Below are positions 29,190 through 34,647 of a stretch of 34,647 nt of DNA, one piece after another. A program made the translations under genes and the position numbers. Numbering within the stretch: the stretch's first letter is position 1; each line of letters starts with the position of its first letter. The DNA comes from Alphaproteobacteria bacterium (GTDB lineage Bacteria; Pseudomonadota; Alphaproteobacteria; SP197), in the NCBI GenBank assembly GCA_022822575.1, contig JAJEBJ010000003.1, positions 1 through 34,647 of the forward strand, given 5' to 3'. The notes beneath the pieces were generated by a model that was given only the letters and a program-made list of their open reading frames with translations, did no database searches and was not told where the DNA came from.

Positions 29190-30143
29190 TCACCGCGGCT
29201 GGATGCCTCTTTGCTCCAGCTCGGCCTTCAGTTCGGGAACGGCATCGAAGAGGTCCGCAACCAGACCGAAATCGGCAACCTGGAAGATCGGCGCCTCCTC
29301 GTCCTTGTTGATACAGGCGATGACCTTGCTGTCCTTCATGCCGGCCAGGTGCTGGATGGCGCCCGAGATGCCGACGGCAAGATAGAGTTCCGGCGCCACC
29401 ACCTTGCCGGTCTGTCCCACCTGGTAGTCATTGGGCACGTAACCGGCATCGACAGCGGCCCGACTGGCGCCGACAGCCGCCCCGAGAATGTCCGCCACTT
29501 CCTCGAGCATGGCGAAGTTGTCACCGGACTTCATGCCTCGGCCACCCGAAATGACCACGCGGGCCGTGGTCAGTTCCGGGCGCTCGCCGCCCGAAAGCGC
29601 GGCGCCCTCGAAGCTCGAAAGACCGGCATCGGCCGCGCCAGACACCGTCTCGATGGCAACCGCCGTGTCGCTCTCCTCCGCGGCGTCGAAGGTCGTCGTG
29701 CGAACCGTCACGAATACGATGTCGTCGCTTGACTGGACCGTGGCCATGGCGTTGCCGGCGTAGATCGGACGCACGAAGGTATCGGCAGCGACCACGGCGG
29801 TGATATCCGAGACCTGCTGCTTGTCGAGAAGCGCTGCGGCCCGCGGCATGATGTTCTTGCCGGTGGTGGTTGCCGGCGCCACGACGTGGCTGTAGTCCGG
29901 CGCCAGGCTGGCGATGAGAGGGGCAACGTTCTCGGCGAGCTGCGCTTCAAGCGGCGCCTCGTCGGCAAGAAGGACCCGGGCGATACCGGCTGTCCGGGAA
30001 GCGGCTTCCGCCACCGCACTGCAACCGCTGCCTGCCACTAGGACGGTGATGTCGCCGCCCATTTCCAGGGCGGCCGTCACGGTGCTTGCGGTGGCCGACG
30101 CAAGTTCCTGATTGTCGTGTTCCGCATAGACCAGTATCGCCAT
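29190..30143 (-). CDS. etfA: Electron transfer flavoprotein alpha subunit
   Basis: [41 protein letters not shown]. Confidence 0.97.
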   Translation of the reverse strand: MAILVYAEHDNQELASATASTVTAALEMGGDITVLVAGSGCSAVAEAASRTAGIARVLLADEAPLEAQLAENVAPLIASLAPDYSHVVAPATTTGKNIMPRAAALLDKQQVSDITAVVAADTFVRPIYAGNAMATVQSSDDIVFVTVRTTTFDAAEESDTAVAIETVSGAADAGLSSFEGAALSGGERPELTTARVVISGGRGMKSGDNFAMLEEVADILGAAVGASRAAVDAGYVPNDYQVGQTGKVVAPELYLAVGISGAIQHLAGMKDSKVIACINKDEEAPIFQVADFGLVADLFDAVPELKAELEQRGIQPR

Positions 30144-30144
30144 G

Positions 30145-30894
30145 TCAGATCGCTCCTGCGTCGTTCTGCAGCTTGTCCACCAGTTCCCCGACGGAACCGA
30201 CCTTGATGCCGCTCTTGCGGCGTGGCGGTTCCTCGACACTCACCACCTTCAGGCGGGGTGTGACGTCGACTCCGAGTTCGTCAGGCGTACGCTTGGCGAT
30301 TTCCTTTTTCCGCGCCTTCATGATGTTGGGGAGTGACGCGTATCGTGGATCATTGAGTCGGAGGTCCACTGTGATGATCGCCGGCATTGTCAGCACCACC
30401 GACTCGAGCCCGCCGTCGACCTCCCGCACGACCTTCAGAGAACCGTTGGCCGCCTCGACCTTCGAGACGAATGTGCCCTGGGCCCAGCCCAGCAGCCCGG
30501 CGAGCATCTGGCCGGTCTGGTTGGCATCGTCATCAATCGCCTGCTTGCCGAGGATGACCACATCGGGCAACTCCTCGGCGACGATCCGGGCGATCATCTT
30601 GGCCACGGCAAGCGGCTCGAGATCACCCTCATGAACGACATGGATGGCGCGATCGGCGCCCATGGCCAACGCCGTGCGCAGGGTTTCCTGACTCTGGGTC
30701 GGTCCAAGGGACAGGGCGATCACCTCGGTGGCGGTTCCCGCCTCCTTCATGCGGATGGCCTCCTCGACGGCAATCTCGTCGAATGGATTCATCGACATCT
30801 TGACGTTGGCAAGATCAACGCCCGAACGGTCCGCCTTGACGCGCACCTTCACGTTGTAATCAATGACCCGCTTGACCGGGACGAGCACTTTCAT
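30145..30894 (-). CDS. etfB: Electron transfer flavoprotein beta subunit
   Basis: [50 protein letters not shown]. Confidence 0.97.
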   Translation of the reverse strand: MKVLVPVKRVIDYNVKVRVKADRSGVDLANVKMSMNPFDEIAVEEAIRMKEAGTATEVIALSLGPTQSQETLRTALAMGADRAIHVVHEGDLEPLAVAKMIARIVAEELPDVVILGKQAIDDDANQTGQMLAGLLGWAQGTFVSKVEAANGSLKVVREVDGGLESVVLTMPAIITVDLRLNDPRYASLPNIMKARKKEIAKRTPDELGVDVTPRLKVVSVEEPPRRKSGIKVGSVGELVDKLQNDAGAI

Positions 30895-31012
30895 GGCGTG
30901 CCTCTCCAGGCGCTTGTTGTGACAGGGATTATCGGATTCCGCGGCAGGAATTCGCAGGGCACACTATGACCGCTCGATCGCCGGAGTCAACGAAACGTCG
31001 GCGCATTCCGGC

Positions 31013-31582
31013 TCACCCTTCCCGGGTGGCGCCGGGAGTCCACAGGTGATCCGCGCGCCCGTTGTCGTTGAGATGGCGTGCCATCACGAAGAGGTGATCG
31101 GAGAGCCGGTTGGCGTATTCGAGAGCGGCCGGATTGACCGTCTCGTCGAGGGAGAGCGCGGTGATCAGGCGTTCGGCCCGGCGGACCACCGTACGCGCCA
31201 GGTGAAGCCACGCCGAAACATCGCACCCTCCTGGCAGGATGAAGGATTTCAGGGGTTCGAGCCCGGCGTTCATGGCATCGATTTCATTCTCGAGACGCAC
31301 CACCTGGACAGGCGTGATCCGCAGCGCACCGGCGCCGCGGCGGCCTTCCTCGGGCACGGCCAGGTCGGCCCCGAGATCGAAGAGATCGTTCTGGACGCGC
31401 GCCAGCATCGCGTCACAGTCGCCGTCTGCATGCACTCTGGCGAGGCCGATCACCGAGTTCGCCTCATCAACGGTGCCGAAGGCCTCGATCCTGAGGGCGT
31501 GCTTGGCTACCCTGCTGCCGTCGCCCAGGGACGTCTCGCCCCGGTCTCCGCCGCGGGTATAGATCCTGTCCAGCCTGACGAT
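31013..31582 (-). CDS. pduO: PduO-type ATP:cob(I)alamin adenosyltransferase; predicted start codon reads ATC
   Basis: Frame continues 43 codons above the ORF-track start: VRLDRIYTRGGDRGETSLGDG...GTVDEANS; then QNDLFDLGA, SFILPGG, RTVVRRAER, NRLSD.LF..AR. Confidence 0.88.
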   Translation of the reverse strand: MVRLDRIYTRGGDRGETSLGDGSRVAKHALRIEAFGTVDEANSVIGLARVHADGDCDAMLARVQNDLFDLGADLAVPEEGRRGAGALRITPVQVVRLENEIDAMNAGLEPLKSFILPGGCDVSAWLHLARTVVRRAERLITALSLDETVNPAALEYANRLSDHLFVMARHLNDNGRADHLWTPGATREG

Positions 31583-31586
31583 GGTT

Positions 31587-31784
31587 CTACCCTCCCTGCA
31601 TGACGAGAAACATGACGGCGAGAAGGACCAGTGCAGCCAGCTGGAATCCCACGCGAAAGCGCATCATGCGGTTGCCGTGACGCCGGTTGAACTCGCCTCC
31701 CCGGGCAAATCCGCCGATGCCGACGAAGAGGGCGATGAGGGTGAGGGCGACAAAGCCCAGGATTGCATAACCGATCCAGCTCAT
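31587..31784 (-). CDS. Twin transmembrane helix small protein (HIG1-like)
   Basis: 65 aa, two TM helices around GGEFNRRHGNRMMRFRV.FQ; usual position upstream of pduO-etfB. Confidence 0.85.
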   Translation of the reverse strand: MSWIGYAILGFVALTLIALFVGIGGFARGGEFNRRHGNRMMRFRVGFQLAALVLLAVMFLVMQGG

Positions 31785-31812
31785 GACGTCGCCCTGCGCC
31801 GCGCCGCCATGG

Positions 31813-33459
31813 TCAGTTCGTCACGGCGAGCAGGCGCCTGGCGATCACCTGCGCCTGGATTTCCGCCGCGCCCTCGAAGATGTTGAGGATACGGGCATCA
31901 CACAGCAGCCGGCTGGCTTCGTACTCGAGGGCGTAGCCGTTGCCGCCATGGATCTGCAGGGTGTTGTCGGCCGCCGACCAGGCCACCCGGGCACCGAGAA
32001 GCTTGGCCATCCCCGCCTCGAGATCGCAGCGTCGGCCGGAGTCCTTGCGGCGCGCCGCATACCAGCACAGCTGGCGGGACATCATCGTCTCGACGGCCAT
32101 CCATGCCAGCTTGTTGGCAACGCGCGGGAAACCGGCGATGGCGCGGCCGAACTGATGGCGTTCCAGGGCATAGGCCAGGCCCGCTTCAAGAGCGGCCTGG
32201 GCAACACCTGTGGCCCTGGCCGCGGTCTGGATGCGCGCCGATTCGAACGTCGCCATGAGCTGCTTGAACCCCTTGCCCTCCTCGCCGCCAAGCAGGTTCC
32301 CGGCAGGAACCTCGAAGCGGTCGAAGCCGATCTCGTACTCCTTCATGCCACGATAGCCGAGAACGCCGATCTCGCCACCCGACATGCCGGGAGCGGGGAA
32401 CGGGTCCTCCTCGGTGCCACGCGGCTTCTCGGCCAGAAACATGCTCAGGCCCCGGTAGCCCGGTTCATCCCCGTCGGTACGCGCCAGGAGAGTCATGAGA
32501 TCGGCCCGGGCGGCATGGGTGATCCAGGTCTTGTTGCCGGTGACGAGGTAGCGGTCGCCGTCGCGCACCGCGCGGGTCGCGAGGCTGCCGAGATCCGAGC
32601 CCGTGCCGGGTTCCGTGAAGACCGCCGTCGGGATGATATCCCCGGAGACGATCCCCGGAAGCCACCGCTGCTGCTGCTCGGGCGTACCGCCGGTGATGAT
32701 GAGCTCGGCAGCGATCTCCGTGCGCGTGCCCAGTGAGCCGACGCCAATGTAACCGCGCGCGAGCTCTTCGGTGACCACGCACATCGCAACCTTGGAGAGA
32801 CCCAGACCGCCGTGTTCCGCAGGCACCGACAGCCCGAAGACGCCGAGGTCGGCGAGTTCCCGGAGAATCTCGAGGGGAATCAGTTCGTCACCTAGATGCC
32901 AGGCGTGCGCTACGGGCCTGATGCGCTCGTCGGCATAGCGGCGGAACTGGTCGCGGACCATGACAAGGTCGCCTTCGAGGCCGGAGTCGGCGACACGCCC
33001 GTCGCCGAGGAGGAGGGCGAGCCGGGAGAGGCTCTCCTTCGTCGATCCGCGGTTGATCAGGTCCGCCACGTCATCGGTCCACAGGGCATGGAGATCGTCG
33101 CTGCCGACCGAAAGGTCACGCAGCCGCACGATTTCCCCCTGGCTCATGGCAATGCCGCCGGTCAGCTGGGCCAGGGACTCCTGGAAGGCGCAGTCGAGTA
33201 CAAGCTGCTCTGTTTCGCCGAACCGTCCTTCCGGCTCCAGGGATTCGGCCCATCGGAGCATCTGGCGCAGGCTCTCGACCGAGGTTGCCACCCAGGCAAG
33301 GCCGTGGACCGCATGCTGGCATGCATCGATGCGCCGGGGATCAATGGCGCCGCCGTCATCAACCACCATGCCCCTGACTCCCTCGCGGGCCGCGCCGAGA
33401 AGCCGGTCGGCGGCGTCAAGAGCACCGCGGCAGCGCGCGAGAAGAGTGTCGGCGTTCAT
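31813..33459 (-). CDS. mcd: (2S)-methylsuccinyl-CoA dehydrogenase (acyl-CoA dehydrogenase family)
   Basis: N-terminal extension QHAVHGLAW, AVFTEPGTGSDL, GNKTWIT, GGEIGVLGYRGMKEY, IFEGAAEIQA; adjacent to ccr. Confidence 0.88.
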   Translation of the reverse strand: MNADTLLARCRGALDAADRLLGAAREGVRGMVVDDGGAIDPRRIDACQHAVHGLAWVATSVESLRQMLRWAESLEPEGRFGETEQLVLDCAFQESLAQLTGGIAMSQGEIVRLRDLSVGSDDLHALWTDDVADLINRGSTKESLSRLALLLGDGRVADSGLEGDLVMVRDQFRRYADERIRPVAHAWHLGDELIPLEILRELADLGVFGLSVPAEHGGLGLSKVAMCVVTEELARGYIGVGSLGTRTEIAAELIITGGTPEQQQRWLPGIVSGDIIPTAVFTEPGTGSDLGSLATRAVRDGDRYLVTGNKTWITHAARADLMTLLARTDGDEPGYRGLSMFLAEKPRGTEEDPFPAPGMSGGEIGVLGYRGMKEYEIGFDRFEVPAGNLLGGEEGKGFKQLMATFESARIQTAARATGVAQAALEAGLAYALERHQFGRAIAGFPRVANKLAWMAVETMMSRQLCWYAARRKDSGRRCDLEAGMAKLLGARVAWSAADNTLQIHGGNGYALEYEASRLLCDARILNIFEGAAEIQAQVIARRLLAVTN

Positions 33460-33466
33460 CCGGTTC

Positions 33467-34647
33467 CTAGCCTTCGAGGACGTCCTCAAGGGTGCGCAGA
33501 CCCGGTCGCGGAGACTGCACGAGAACCGCCATGTTGCCTGGCTTGTGCTGGTTGGCCCGCATCTTCATGTGGGCGCGGGGAATGTCGTCCCACGAGAAGA
33601 CTTCCGACATGCAGGGATCCAGGCGGCGTTCCAGCATCAGCCGGTTGGCCTGTGCCGCCTGCATGAGGTTGGCAAAATGACTGCCCTGGATGCGCTTCTG
33701 GCGCATCCACACGAAACGGGCATCGAAGGTGATGTTGTATCCGGTGGTCCCGGCGCAAAACACCACCATCCCTCCACGCTTGACGACAAAACACGAGACC
33801 GGGAACGTCGCCTCGCCCGGGTGTTCGAAGACGAAATCGACATCGTTGCCCTTGCCGGTGAAGGACCAAATGGCCTTCCCGAACTCGCGGCACTTCTTCA
33901 TGTAGGCGCCATAGGCCGCCGTATCCGACACCTCCGGCAGCCGCCCCCAGCAGTCGTAGTTCTTCCGGTTGATGACGCCACGCGCACCAAGCGACAGCAC
34001 GAAATCGGCCTTCTCATCCTCACTGATGACACCGATGGCATTGGCGCCGGCGGTGGCGATCAGCTGGACGGCCATGGATCCGAGGCCCCCGGAGGCTCCC
34101 CACACCAGCACGTTGTGACCGGGTCTGAGGATATGCGGCCGGTGGCCGAACAGCATGCGGTAGGCCGTCGCCAGGGTCAGGGTATAGCAGGCCGACTCCT
34201 CCCAGGTGAGATGGCGCGGACGGGCCATGAGCTGCTGGGCCTGGACTCGGGTGAACTGGGCGAAGCTGCCATCGCCGGTCTCGTAGCCCCAGATGCGCTG
34301 ACTGGTGGAATACATCGGATCGCCGCCATTGCATTCCTCATCGTCGCCATCGTCCTGGTTGCAGTGTATGACGACCTCGTCACCGACCTTCCAGCGCTTC
34401 ACCCTGGACCCGACGGCCCAGACAATTCCAGAGGCATCGGATCCGGCGATGTGGACGTCGCTCTTGTGAACATCGAAGGGACTGATGGGAACGCCGAGAG
34501 AGGCCCACACGCCGTTGTAGTTGACACCCGCCGCCATGACGAGAACCAGGACCTCGTTGCTGTCGATCTCGTGCGTCGGCAGCACCTCCACCTGCATCGC
34601 CGTCGAGGGTTCGCCGTGGCGTTCACGGCGGATGGCCCACGCATACA
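33467..34647 (-). CDS. ccr: Crotonyl-CoA carboxylase/reductase, 5'-truncated by window edge
   Basis: Frame open to the window end (YAWAIRRERHGEP...); VMAAGVNYNGVWA, HIAGSD, IWGYET, VFEHPG, WMRQKRIQGSHFAN. Confidence 0.95.
   Translation of the reverse strand, partial: YAWAIRRERHGEPSTAMQVEVLPTHEIDSNEVLVLVMAAGVNYNGVWASLGVPISPFDVHKSDVHIAGSDASGIVWAVGSRVKRWKVGDEVVIHCNQDDGDDEECNGGDPMYSTSQRIWGYETGDGSFAQFTRVQAQQLMARPRHLTWEESACYTLTLATAYRMLFGHRPHILRPGHNVLVWGASGGLGSMAVQLIATAGANAIGVISEDEKADFVLSLGARGVINRKNYDCWGRLPEVSDTAAYGAYMKKCREFGKAIWSFTGKGNDVDFVFEHPGEATFPVSCFVVKRGGMVVFCAGTTGYNITFDARFVWMRQKRIQGSHFANLMQAAQANRLMLERRLDPCMSEVFSWDDIPRAHMKMRANQHKPGNMAVLVQSPRPGLRTLEDVLEG

Noticed and set aside
1-34647. CRISPR arrays, tandem repeats, IS elements or prophage genes
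   Set aside because: No regularly spaced repeats, transposase, integrase or phage structural genes found by eye; nearly all sequence is explained by coding genes

Overview
GC-rich window from an alphaproteobacterium (Rhodospirillales-like gene order; the lineage is an inference). It is mostly core genome. Minus-strand blocks: hemC-hemD-mitofilin/Mic60-like-hemY-like then tRNA-Thr(CGT); argH-small lipoprotein-lysA-TIGR02302-ftsE-ftsX-YdcF-plsC then a class II (B12) ribonucleotide reductase; and an ethylmalonyl-CoA-pathway block ccr-mcd-HIG1-like-pduO-etfB-etfA-hbd. Interspersed accessory genes: class III aminotransferase, FAD oxidoreductase, a low-GC deaminase, a ThDP enzyme, a creatininase-family hydrolase, acs, an Ldh_2 dehydrogenase, a SAM methyltransferase, an MFS transporter and an RHH/PIN toxin-antitoxin pair with a palindromic operator. 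No CRISPR array, rRNA, transposase or integrase was seen. The most unusual element is an orphan ~298-aa protein (13672-14568) with a coiled coil, a basic tail, two ungapped 59-aa winged-helix-like repeats, an AT-hook and an internal SSB-tail-like DDSIPF motif, a candidate new nucleoid-associated protein. Also notable: an alphaproteobacterial SOS box lying in the spacer of the nrdJ promoter, an ATC start codon for pduO, a His-to-Tyr change in the LysA HIGSQ motif, a 36-aa lipoprotein missing from the ORF track, and a possible decayed hicB. All calls come from reading motifs by eye; no searches were run.
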